Source of the DNA: Dimorphilus gyrociliatus
Taxonomy: Eukaryota > Animalia > Annelida
DNA: 64,000 nucleotides
Assembly (NCBI GenBank): GCA_904063045.1
Contig: CAJFCJ010000044.1
Coordinates: 1 to 64,000 of the forward strand
Reading direction: 5' to 3'
The stretch's first letter is position 1. Each line of letters begins with the position of its first letter. Positions 44,300 to 56,700 of the stretch are shown here, piece after piece. The translations under genes and the position numbers were made by a program. The notes under the pieces were generated by a model. It saw nothing but the letters and a program-made list of their open reading frames with translations. It was not told the DNA's origin and searched no databases.

Positions 44300-46100
44300 C
44301 TAACCCTAACCCTGTTTTATGTTAGCACCCAATACTACTACTACTTCACAAGAAAACATTAACTGTTTTTTACATACATATCTATTTCGTTTGCTGTTGC
44401 TTCTAATGTTATTTGTTGGGGTCGACCTTCCAGATCATTATTTGTCCTTATGCTTTGATCAAAAACAGACCAAGTCTTTGGAGATCAAAATGTATTTTTT
44501 ATCCAGCTATTAGACACATAGTCCAACAAATCAGACAGTTTATTTTCTTTTGTCAGTTGAGTTTGAATTTTAGTGAATTGATTTTCAATCATGCCATGAG
44601 GCAAATATGGCAAAGACATAATCATTCTCATGGATTCCCAAGCTCCCTCTTTTTTTCTAAATTCCCTGCTATAACCAAGTTCCTTAAACAAAACAAACAT
44701 TAATTGGATTGTTAAAAATTTTAGAAATTAATAAACCTAAATTTTTCTAAATATTGCCTGAGACCAGTGAAATGAACATCCAGTCAAGACAGCATTGGGC
44801 CATATATTTTGTAAAGTTTTCCAAACAGCCTTTTCATAGTCTAAGACTATTTTCTTAGGAGCACAATTTTCAGCTAAATCCTTCACAGCCTTAAAAATTT
44901 AACATGATTGCTTATTAGTAAGTATATTTATGAAATGTAATTCTTACCTGGAAAAGTAGTTTATATGCTCTCTTTTTTTTAGAAGACAGAAAAGAAAAAA
45001 GCAATGGAACTTGCTTAAGCTGTCCATTTTTTTTCAAAAATACATGAATAGAGTACATTTGAATGAAAGGTTCAGGGTCGACAGAAAACGTCCATGAACC
45101 AAAAGAAAACATCCATTAAAATAAATTTCATTTAAATATAAATATATGTTGAAAAAGTAAACCTTTGGTAAAAGAATATGTTAAACATATACTTAATAAA
45201 TGAAATTTTCAGCAAATCTTTTACCTGAAGAATTTATATCACTAGAACAATTGTCTTTGATTTCATTTCTTATACAAATCCTGGCTTCTAAATTTTTTAT
45301 TGGTGAATGACAATGAACATTTGTCCCAATTGCAAAATTCCTTTTTGATTGATGCTTGCATTACATTTTCTTTTTTTGCTTCTGACAGAACATGTCCATA
45401 CAGTAGTTGTTTTTGTTTTTAATTTAATAGTATATGAAAAACCTTTGTGAAAAAGTAAGTCTTTGCCTTTTTGACTTCCATGTGGCAGAATTTTAAAATG
45501 AAAATAGTCAGAAGAATTTTCTTTGGCAGATGTTTCACTTTCAAAAGATTCTTCCTCAATTTTTTCAGATTCTATATATGCATTTTGAATTGTTTCAAAA
45601 TTTTCAACTTCAATTTCATTATCATATTCAATATCACTTCCATTAATGATATTTCCTTTGTCAACCTTTGTGTTTATACTTTCATTATTATTGTCATTGC
45701 TACTCCATGATATAGATAACCTCAATTCTTCTGTGAACTCTTCAGTACTCTTTTCTTGTCCTTGATTATTGTCTCCTTTCTCATCAATTTTTAATTTTTC
45801 CTCAGTCATGCTGTTATTCTCCTCAATATTCTTTTCTAGATATTCAACAATTGCTTCTTCCTTCTCATTAAGTTTTGCAGTAGAATTACTTTTTATTGGT
45901 ACACTTTCCCTGCATTTTTTTGGTTCATCAATTCTTTTTAACATCACAAAACAGGTTTTTTTAGTTATTTTATAACAAATAAAACAGAGTGGTGATACTG
46001 TTGATGAATCTGGAAGAAAAAAAAACAGTAAATGTTTTTCAAGTAGAAGATAGTACAAACCATGCAGACATTTTATATGACAAATATGCAGGCACAATGA
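44300..46100 (-). mobile_element. Degenerate FLYWCH-MULE transposase
   Basis: PHGSQKGKDLLFHKGFSY...WTCSVRSK..C.A (FLYWCH), YSIHVFLKKNGQLKQVPLLFSFL, IMSLPYLP. Confidence 0.85.
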
Positions 46101-46399
46101 GCATTGGCCTTTTATTTGCCTACCAACAAATTTATCATTCTAGAACACTTGTCCATTATTCAATATTTTTTCTAAAATATTGGAGAAAAAGAAGAGCTAA
46201 ACTAAAATTAATAAATGATTTTGTCATATCATTATTATGATTATTTATGTAACAATTAGTATTTTGACAATAATATTGAAAAAAAACTTCATTAACTAAT
46301 AAAATTGCTAAATTTATGTTAGATTGATTATTAATAAAATAATCAATAAGTTTTTAATCACAAAGATTAATAAGAACAAAAAAAACCTCTAAAAATTAA

Positions 46400-47128
46400 A
46401 AATTTCATATTACCTGAAGAGAGTGAAAATAGAAGAGGAAGCTGATATTTTGTATCTCTTTTCCTGAAGATTTCTTCATCACTACCAGTTTTTTTAAAGT
46501 TTACTTTGTTTTTCAACATATATTTATATTTAAATGAAAATTTCTTTACTTTATGTGTTCTTTTGATTCATGGATGTTTTCTTTCATGGACGTTTTCTGT
46601 TGCATCCTTGAGGGTTGGCACAATAGGATGAATAGTCAAGTGAATTCAAAAGGCTCATTCTACATATTAGTGGATGAACTGAAAAAAGAGGGAGATTTGA
46701 TCATTATCTATGAAAAGGTGATGTCTGATAAACAAATATATAGATATCAAAGAAAAAGGTATGTGGAGAGAGAAAAAAAATATTTGACATTTGGGATGAG
46801 TACAGATTAGGAAAAATATCAGCAGATGAATTATTGCTACAAACATCTCATATATATGCTCCATAGATTTTACCTACATTTCATATTCTCTTTTTCTTTT
46901 CATTTTTTAGATAAATGTATCTTTATATATCTGCCTATATAAATTGTATCAGTATAACATAGATTTCATTATCACAAGTTTAATAAACATATACAGTATA
47001 TTAAATAAAAAATGGGTACAGTTTAACCCCTTTATGGGTACAGTTTAACCCAGGTACAGTTTAACTTGGGTATGGTTTAACCCTCTAGTGGGTATGGTTT
47101 AACCCAGGTACAGTTTCACCTGCTCCCC
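46400..47128 (+). mobile_element. MULE 3' end with right TIR, same family as 5391-6748
   Basis: EGWHNRMNSQ motif and GGTACAGTTTAACCC subterminal repeats ending GTTTCACCTGCTCCCC. Confidence 0.82.
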
Positions 47129-47835
47129 TTTTTTTTACTTAATCAATATATTAATATTTAAATATTTGTAATTCTTATTATTCATTTTTTCCTGTCAATT
47201 GCTCTAAAAACTTGATCTATCAAATATTTTATATCTTACATTGAAGTTCTATAGTGAACTCTTCTTTGTCTGAAAATGTTACTTTTGTTTTTGTTAACAT
47301 TGAAATTTGTGAACTATCAACCCTTTAAAGAATATTTAAATCCTACAAGATTAACAGTTGATAGTTCAGTTTTCTAATCATCAGCAGTTGTTTAAACTAG
47401 CTTTTTTAAAACTAGAAGCTCATTTTACCCAAGACATATTCTCTGGACGAAATAGTGGTGTTTTGTTGATTGATTTCTACCAAAATTACAGTTGTTGGAC
47501 TATTTGTGGACAAACTTTAAAGGTTCTATTTGGAATGGTACTTTTGCAAATTGATAAATGATTGGAAAGGACAATTACAGTTGTGATAAACCAGAAACTC
47601 CTACAATTACAATACAACAAAGTACAAATAATTCTCTTCTTATCATTATAGAGAGAAAATATACATTTTTCATTTCAAATCTCTGAATTATGGATATTTT
47701 AATGTGGTAGGCCTATTTTAAATGGGACCATAACTACTTGTTACAATCATAAAAATTACTGTAAAAGAATATTACAAGTATTTTTTTGTTCTTATTTTGA
47801 CTGTTATTCAACAGGATATTATATATGTTGATGCC

Positions 47836-48156
47836 TTAGTATATTGTTTGCATACCCTTTGCTTCTACAACAGCCCCAAGCCTTCTTTGTATTTTCTTGC
47901 ATAAGAATTTAATTTCCAATTCTGAAATTTTAAAAAATTCCTCTCTGAACATCTCCCACAGCTCATCCTTGTTTCTTGGCTTAGGTGCTATTAAATGTTT
48001 TTTGCATATGCCCCATATTTGCTCAATAATGTTCAGGTCTGGGCTGTTTGCTGGCCATGGATCCAGTGTTTCCACTTCCTTTCTCTTGAGGTACACTTTT
48101 GTTCTGGCTGCTATATGACTGCTAGCCCTATCCCAAAATTGAATGAGAAATTTCAA
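47836..48156 (-). mobile_element. Tc1 (DD34E-type) transposase C-terminal fragment
   Basis: DRASSH...WPANSPDLNIIEQIW...RRLGAVVEAKG. Confidence 0.9.
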
Positions 48157-48242
48157 GACAAAAATTTAGATTGAGAAATGGTTAGGCAGAAGAAAACAGT
48201 AATAGAAAAGGTTAGGTACAGCTAAGGGCTGTTCAACCTAAT

Positions 48243-48636
48243 AACATCCTGTTACTAAAGATAAATATGAACTACACATTTTGGCAACTGTAAAGTGATG
48301 ATTGGATATCAGAGACAAACCTCAAAGTATATAAATCCTCATTATTCTCAATCTGCATGCAGCTTCCATCTGGACCCAAAGACCTGGGAAGATAACCTGG
48401 AAACAACCTCCACTGGAACCATCCACCTACTCCTCAACATTGGAAGACAGTTTGGTAATTTGGCAACCTGCTATTATGAACTATCTACTCTGCTATTGAA
48501 CTCTCATATTGTTACTTGCTTAAGTATTATTCTTGCGAATAAACCATTTTAATTTAAACTTTTGTTTAAAGGTTTGAGTAGAACCAGTATTGTTATAACT
48601 TGCAAATGCATAGATTTTGCCAACAAGAGCAGTACA
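48243..48636 (+). repeat. LTR-B copy 4, 5'-truncated and more diverged
   Basis: Matches the 3' ~390 bp of LTR-B, ending CAGTACA. Confidence 0.9.
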
Positions 48637-48639
48637 CTG

Positions 48640-49345
48640 TTTTTGAATAAGATGTAACAAGTTTGACATGAATTTTTTCTATATTGTTTGTCCCTGTGTC
48701 TTTTCGATAGTGGCACCATCTGTTATGTTCAAAGAATCTATTTCCTATGAAATAAAGGTGTTTTTAAAGTTCTAGAATGTATTTCTATTAAATAAAAGTC
48801 TTGGTAAAGCTCCACAATTAACACTTTTTCTAAACTTCCACCATTATAATTCCTACGACATACAAGTCATTATATAGTTCCATCATATCAAAGTCTAAAT
48901 ATTATTACATTATTATTTAAAAGTGCACAGATATTAATTCAGTATTGGTTTTTCTATAGCAGGATAAATTTGATAAATGTATGTCTATAGATTTAAAGAA
49001 TAGTACAATTTTACTCTCAATATTTACAATTTCAAAATGTCATCAATTAGACCAGTACTTTTGTAAATAGGTTCATGATTGGGATGGTCAATTACTGTTG
49101 TGAAAAGCTAGAAATATTTAAAAATGAGTAATAAGAACTTGTGTACACATATATTTTATTTTTTAAGCAAGCTACCAAAAGATTTATTTTTTTCCATATT
49201 TAAATTACAGTTGGAGATATCAATATTTTTTAGTGTGCCTGAAGATGTTTGTAGTCCCTTATATATCTCTGAAAGTGCTTCATGTAGTCCTGGATTTTTA
49301 GACAAGTTAATGTTGACTAAACTATGACAGTTATTCAATATATCT
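48640..49345 (-). pseudogene. RNI-like LRR gene remnant
   Basis: SLVNINLSKNPGL...TLKNIDISNCNL; many stops downstream. Confidence 0.5.
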
Positions 49346-49518
49346 GCAAAACAAAATATTCCAACCAGTTTTCATTGACCTAAATACCATAGCTACTATG
49401 ATATTCACAATGAAGTGATAATTGTGCAATAAGATTTTATTTTCCTGTAAGAGAGTGATTTGAATTTTGAAGTGCTATATAAAGTGATTAATTACTCAGC
49501 TAGCAGAAGGAAAAAGAC

Positions 49519-50130
49519 ATGAAGAGAAAAAATATAAAAAAATACAGAAAATTGTTATTTCCTGTTCTTGTGGTGGACGATTTGTATTCATTAGAAGAAC
49601 TATGTTTGAGGATACTATCTCAAAATTTACAAACTATTTACAGGATATGTGTATTTTGCAAATTGATTCTTCCACAAAAGTTAAATGAAAAAATTCTCAT
49701 GTATACATTTCAAAGAGAAAGGAGTAAAAGAAAATTTAGAGATAATGAATTAGACTTTTTCTCACCTGAAATTTTAAATATTACTACACTTAACTTTGAT
49801 AATTCATTAATTCCAAAATTTGAATGTTTCAATTCAAATTTTCTTGGTCATCAAATTAGTGAATTAAAACTTACCGGAAGTGAACATTTATACAAATTCC
49901 TTAAACATGTAAATAGGAATTTTTTGAAAGATATCCAGTTAAAGAATTGCTCAACTAAAGGAGATGATATATATTCAAAAAAAGATGTAAAATTAATATA
50001 TCAATTCTTCAATGATTTTGAAAATGTTGAAAAATTAATATTGATAAATTGTACATTTACAATTTCTCCTGACAATACTCAAACATTTAATCCTATATTA
50101 TCATTAAAATTATTAAATAATCTTGTACTT
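49519..50130 (+). pseudogene. LRR protein with N-terminal BC-box-like motif, truncated by a repeat insertion near 50130
   Basis: SLEELCLRILSQNL...LP..L.EKIL, then ITTLNFDNS, ISELKLTG, LKDIQLKNC, VEKLILINC. Confidence 0.6.
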
Positions 50131-50571
50131 TGTTGTATTGTAATTGTAGGAAGTCCTAGCTCGTCACTATCAAATTCGTCCTCTCCAATCATTTACCAAT
50201 GTGCCAAAGTACTGGTCCAAATAGAACCTTTCAAGTTCGTCCACAAGTAGTCTTAATAAATGTAATTCCAGTAAAAATTAACCAACAAACACCAGTATTT
50301 CATTCAAAGAATATGTATTTGAGTAAATGAGTTTCTAGTTCTAAACAAGCAAGTTTGAACAACTAGCTGACGGTTAGAAAACTGAACTATCAACTGTTAA
50401 TTTCGTAGGGTTTATATACTCTTTTAAGGGTTGATAGTTCACAAATTTCAATGTTCACAAAAACAAAAGTAACATTTGAAGACAAAGAAAAGTTCTAAAT
50501 ATGGTCATGTTTTTATTGTTTTCCTCTTCTAAATAATAGTTGAATTTCGAAGGTTGGAGAGTTGCATAAGA

Positions 50572-51057
50572 TGTAACAATTTTAGTAGGACAAGTCCAAC
50601 AATCAAGAAAACATGTAGATTGTATATTTGACCGTTTTTATATTCTACCTTAATAATGATATTCAATTGATTGAGTTAGTAAATTTAGCATCAGCATATA
50701 AGGAGGAAGTATATCTGATTAATGCATGTTAAAAAGAACAGTATTGTGTATACAATACTGTTGAATAGTGAATATAATCTAACCTTAGAATTTAAGCATA
50801 ATTGATAATTAATTGAACTAGTTTTAGTTCGAAATCATAAATTTATGGATTAATAAATTGTAATATTAATGCTAGGTTGCAAATAGCAAATATTCTTTAT
50901 ATAATTCAATAGGTTTTATTACTGCATAATGTGTATGCACTGCCCTATGCGAAACTAGGTCACTACTGCTTATCTTTATCAGTGCTATCTCATAGTACAA
51001 TACTGGTTCAATACTACTTCTCTATTGTAGAATATAGCTGACGAATGTATGTGTACA
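50572..51057 (-). repeat. Solo LTR-A (486 bp) with AAGA target-site duplication
   Basis: TGT...ACA termini; AAGA at 50568-50571 and 51058-51061. Confidence 0.85.
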
Positions 51058-51228
51058 AAGATTTTAATTATTCCAAACAACTAATCTTATGTTCCTAAAC
51101 TGACAGTAAAAAATACTCTATTTATATATCAACTTCCAATATAAACTCCACTATATTTAACTTTAGAGCATTTCATCAATTTTAATACCACACTCAAATC
51201 AACATCTCATATATGGTCTCTTACATTT

Positions 51229-51624
51229 TTCCAATCCATTCATTAGCCAAAACAATGAATCATAACTGGCTCAAACAAATGAATGTTGGAAAAGACTCTT
51301 GCAACTACCAATACCATAAATTGTAATCTTAATTCACTACATGGAATAATCCTTCCATTCCAGTAACAAACATAAATCATGAATCAATAAAGGAATTAGG
51401 AACCTCTCTATTCAGCACACAAAACACTCTTCCCAATCCATTCATTACCCAAAACAAACTATCTGGAATTAACTAAATGAATGTTGGCAAGTAACTTTTA
51501 CAAACAAATACAGATTACCTAAGGCTTTCACACTTTTACCTACAAATAATTTATTTAACCCACTTTCCAATCCATTCATTAGCCAGAACAACCTACCACT
51601 TGGCAAAGTAAATGAATGTTGGAA
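51229..51624 (+). repeat. Three imperfect hairpin units with conserved stems and variable loops
   Basis: TTCCAATCCATTCATT-N29-33-AATGAATGTTGG(A/C)A at 51229, 51430 and 51565. Confidence 0.8.
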
Positions 51625-52330
51625 AATACAATACAATAAAAACAGGTTAGTCTTCAAACAATATCATTTAATAATTTTCAAATTAACAACCCTCTAATCT
51701 TTAGCCATAAAAGTAAATTAACCATACTTTCCACATAATACAACATATATATCACATTTCACTCATTTACACTCACTTATTCTATATATTTCCAAGTACT
51801 TAACCAATTCCTATACACATACTTAATTCATCTACTAGCCACAAACAATAATATAATGCATACTTTTATTTATTTTTTAATTTTTATTATTTTGATTTTT
51901 TTACTTTTTAATCTTTGAATTTTTGAATTTTCTATTTTTTATTTTTTATTTTTTATTTTTTATTTTTATTGTCTACTCTTTATTTCAACTTTTATTGCTA
52001 TTCCAATCCTGGTTACGATCATTTACCCAACTTATTTTTTCTATATCACCCCCCTTTTTTTGTCTGCTATTTTTTCCTGCATTTCCATCTGATAGTAGAG
52101 ATACCCCCTCAACTTACTATTCTTTTTATGTTACATTTTATTCAAGCCCATATATTCTTCCTTCCATATACCTCCTTATTTTTCAAAAAAAAGTTTTAAA
52201 CTATTAGGTATTTTTATTTTTATTTTGTATTTATAATTTTACCCCACAAGAATCTTTACCAACAAATAAATAAATCATAAATCTGGAGATAAACTTCTAA
52301 TTATGATTCTCAAACCTCTCTTTCATTTAG

Positions 52331-52405
52331 CTTAGTAGACCCTGATGAGTCCCAGGTTTAAAAATTTAGCAGAGAGGGGGACGAAACCACGGTAGGTCGA
52401 GTAGG
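52331..52405 (+). ncRNA. Type I hammerhead ribozyme
   Basis: GACC-CTGATGA-GTCCC-N24-GGGAC-GAAA-CC-AC-GG-TA-GGTC: full core, 5-bp stem II, 4-bp proximal stem I with further distal pairing, minimal stem III. Predicted cleavage after 52394 (GUA). Confidence 0.85.
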
Positions 52406-52596
52406 TAGGAAATAATAAAAAATTTCAGAAAAAAATTTTTTGAAAATTTTTTGAAAAAATCTTTTCTCTTGGAAATTGTTTTAAATGTCGATTTTGGTGT
52501 ATTTTTTCTTTGACTGCTTCCCAAATTCCATTGGGACTCTTGAAATGTGAGAATTCTGTTTCTCTTTTTTGATTTAATCAAAAAAAACCTTTGCAA

Positions 52597-52625
52597 ACCT
52601 AACCCTAACCCCAAGACCTAACCCT
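52597..52625 (+). repeat. Telomere-like (CCCTAA) repeats; 23-bp direct repeat with 53430-53452
   Basis: CCCTAACCCCAAGACCTAACCCT is identical at 52603-52625 and 53430-53452. Confidence 0.85.
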
Positions 52626-53732
52626 TATCTTAGATTCAGTTATATTTCATGGTGCGGTAATGAATAGGGCTCTGGACCGCCCCATGCAAATAGGATTGGC
52701 CATATATGTACAGAGGAAGGAACATAGAATTGAATCTAGGTCTTCTTCTGTTACATTTTATGAAAAGTGACTTACCTGATTGTTTTACCTGCGATTTTTG
52801 AAAGGTTACCCTCTAATTACTATAGAACGTAGGGTCGAGATACTGGTGATAGAGTCTAAGGCTGCCAGTCAGCCATCCTCACCTACCACCGTTAACTTCA
52901 AAGCTCCATAGCTCTGCAACAGCTGGGCCGATTTCGTTCAAATTTTGCACAGTTGCTCAGTTCAATTAGATCTAGCACTGTGTAAAATTTCATAACGATC
53001 GGAGCAAGTTGAAATTTCAACTTTCATCAGTGGTCGACTTGCTTTACTGACCACCAAGTAGATGATTTGTAGCGAAAAAAGTGTGGGATTGACCCAGTAC
53101 CTATCCTAAGGTATAGTAAGCCTCTCAGAGATCAGTCTGGTGGCAATCTAACCAGCCACTTTTCCCCTCTCACTTGATAAAGGAGGAATACCTCCAAAAT
53201 ATTGTGAGGATTTTTTAATTGGTGAATTGTTTCAGTTGCTAAATACAGGTTCTCTTCACCCTTGTGGAGAATTTGTAAGTGGTTTTGTTGGAGATACAGT
53301 TACAGCTTAGGCTGGGGAATTGCTACTCAAGATAGCAACTCCTCAATAGCTACACCAACCGTTAGCCAAAGCTTGGTTATAAGTGTGTGTGCACTTTTGG
53401 GATTACCAGTGTGTACTGATTGTGCTAATCCCTAACCCCAAGACCTAACCCTAACCCTGTTAAATGTAAATTAAATAGATTGAATATTAATAGTGTAGCA
53501 TTTACTGACACAATTCTATTAATGAAGATTATTAGATGACCAATCAGACTATACCGTTGACCTTTAATCAGATGGTAACTTTAAGTCTACAAACTCTATT
53601 TGATACATTTTACATATTGATATTTCCAGTCAAACGAATGATAATTTAAACTGCAAAGGTCAGAAAGATGATATAAAATCTTTACCTATCTGTCTATTGA
53701 TCTCTTGTTCTCCTCACTCAATAATCTATCAA

Positions 53733-56700
53733 ATGAAAATTTATCAAATTTTCTCATATTTTCACTTGTTTACAGAATGCTTTTTTCAATCTTTGTTCTT
53801 TAGTCTGATAGAAGAACATTCTGAATATAAAGAAGGTTATCTTCTTTATAAGAATATTGATAAGGAACCATTAACATTAAATATACAGTATCAGCATAAA
53901 CATTGGTTTCGTTCAATATCTTCAAAATTATGTAATGATTATGTAATGAAACCATCTTTTGGGTATTTGCAATTTACAAATGATGCCAGATTGAATTCAA
54001 TGCTAACAATACCAAATCCGGCGTGTTGTACCTGTTGCAAATTGTTTGTATTTGAAAAAATTCAAGTTTTCTAAAAAAATAAACAAACACTGAACAAACA
54101 TTTCAGCATTAAAAAAGTACAAAAGTCTATGACGGAAAGAGTACTCTTAACATGCTACAATAATAATTCAACTTGTAAAATAACAATTTTATAATTTAAA
54201 AAGATTGATTTTAAATGCTTTTTGTTTTTTTATAAAAAAAATGAAGATCTTTTTACTAAAATGATTTCCTCAAATAAATTCCTATTGCTTGTTAATCATG
54301 AAAATGAAATTTATAGAGTTAAATCAATGGTTAATAAAGAAAATTTGTGCGAAAGAAGTAAACTTACTGTAAATTTTTCAATTCCTATCACTAAAAATAA
54401 AATTGCCGATGTGAAAGTGAAGAATAAAACAGATATATTATTAAAGTTAATAGATGAATATAGTAGCAATTCATTAACTTGCAACTACCTTGAATTAAAA
54501 GGTATTAGAAAAGTTTTTTAATTAGGTCATTAAAATATATTTGGTTTTAATTAATAGAGTACGAGATTGTTGTAGAACCAGGAACAACTCTATGTTGTCC
54601 TAATGTACCAAAAATTGTTTCGAAATTTTATGGAATATCTTCTCTATACATATTAACCTACTCACCTTTAATTTATCGTCTCTTTGCTTGCTCATATTTT
54701 GGTTTAAATGGTGGCGACCTCCTCCAATTCACTCAAACTTCTGCTGTATGTACAGATCAAAATTATTTCACAAAAAAAATAATTGTTCTTTTCTTGTTTT
54801 AAAGTTTGAAAAATTAATCCTGCATGGCTGCTACATGAAAAATTTTGAACTTTTTAATTGTTCATTTGATAGATTTCCAAAATATACAAAAATTTATCTG
54901 TTTGAAAATAGTTGTAGTAAAAAAGAAAATCCTGGTTTGTTAAATTTTTTTCTGGTGAATTTTCATTTCAAAATATTTTTCTTTTTTTTGAATAGAAAAA
55001 TTGAGTTTATCTTTCTTGAACTCACAAAATCAAAAACCAACAGCTAATTCTCAGAATTTTACAGGGAAAGTACTTGTTTCCAGAGACTTTGTAACAACAC
55101 TTTTACTACCAGCTAGGCCTATAGAAATTCAGTTAATCTGTAAACATTTTGGGTTTACTCATGGTAAATTGGTTTTTCCCTTGTATGAGACAAAGTCTAT
55201 ACATACTAAAATGTACTGCCAACCAAATTCCACAAGCGTTGAAGATTGTAAATATGTTTATAGGCTGTAAGATATTTTAAGATTTTACAATTAGTAATCT
55301 ACGCCTTTGAAACTGATATTTATTCTAAAGAAATTCTACAACATATCATAATTTAAATATTTTTTGTACAAAAACTGGTAAAAGTAATATTTTTTTAAGA
55401 GAACAAGGCCATTAAAATTTTGTTTTAAACTTATAGGAAAAAGTCATATTTGTAAAGGAAATGTATTTATTTATATTGAAAATATATGTTATTACTTTCT
55501 AAACTATGAAAAAAGCAAAGATATAAAATTTGCTGAAAAAGAATGTTTAAAATTAAATTCAACAGTATCTGACTTTCCAACAATTAAAAAACTTGGTTTC
55601 TTAAATATTCTTCTGCATATGACAAACTTTTATTTAAATAGATCAGAAACTTTAATAAAATTTTTAATATGTAAAAAAGATTTGTTTATAAAAAAGTATC
55701 CAAATTTCAAAAATTAACATTTATTGTTTATTTCAATAGCAACAAGAAGAAAGAGAGTTAGAGAAAAGAATCTTTTAGCAACCAATAACAATTATTGGGT
55801 TGACCTTTTAAACGTAAAAGAGCAGACTAATAATAGATTTTTGAAATTGTTTAAAGATGTAGAATTTTTGGAGAAACATTATCTTCCAGTCTATCAACTT
55901 ACTTCAAAATTTCTTTTAATTTATCAAAAGTTTTATATATTCAATTTTTCTGTCTTAATTTAATGTAAAATATTTTTTTATCTGTTTTAAGAAAACGCTA
56001 CTTAAAAATTGTAGACACTACTCTTGATACTAATAAGATATTCATGTGTCATTCTTTTGATGGTATGTTTATTAGTTCTTCAACAAAAGACAACATATAA
56101 CATTCATAAATATTCAACAGCTCCAATTTCATCTTTAAAAAATGATTATCCAAAATCAAAATGCCCAAGCTATACTTTTCAATGCAAGAGTAAGGCATGT
56201 ATTAATTATATGTACGTTTGTGATGGTACGATTGATTGTTCAACTAATGACGATGAGTCAAACTGTCCAAATGATATGGAAACAATTCAATTTTCATGCT
56301 TTTCATCCAAAAAACTAATTCCATATACTTTTATTTGCAATGGTTATCAAGATTGTAAAGATGGATCTGATGAGTTTTTCTGTATGTATTTTTCTACTAA
56401 ATTAATATATAAATCTGTTATTATTCTTTTATTTAGGTCACACTACTATCGAACTAAAACCAAACATGTAATGTACAATAAACAATTGACAATATTAGTA
56501 AAATATTTAAATTCTAAAAATAGTCGCCAATGTAAAAATAAACAATATACAATTTTGAAAAACTTATGTGATAACAAACGAAATTGCTTTGATGGAAGTG
56601 ATGAACTGTGTAATGATAAAGCAGCTGTTGATGACTTTTATAAACATAGTTTATACTTTCTAAAAATAGACAATGACCTATAAATAAATAATATTTTAAA

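Noticed and set aside
51229-51624. CRISPR-like array
   Set aside because: Eukaryotic context, only three units, irregular spacing, no cas genes. Kept only as a hairpin cluster.
53006-53030. Minus-strand CTGATGA next to an 18-bp perfect palindrome
   Set aside because: The stem is followed by GCTC, not GAAA. Not a hammerhead; part of a dispersed repeat.
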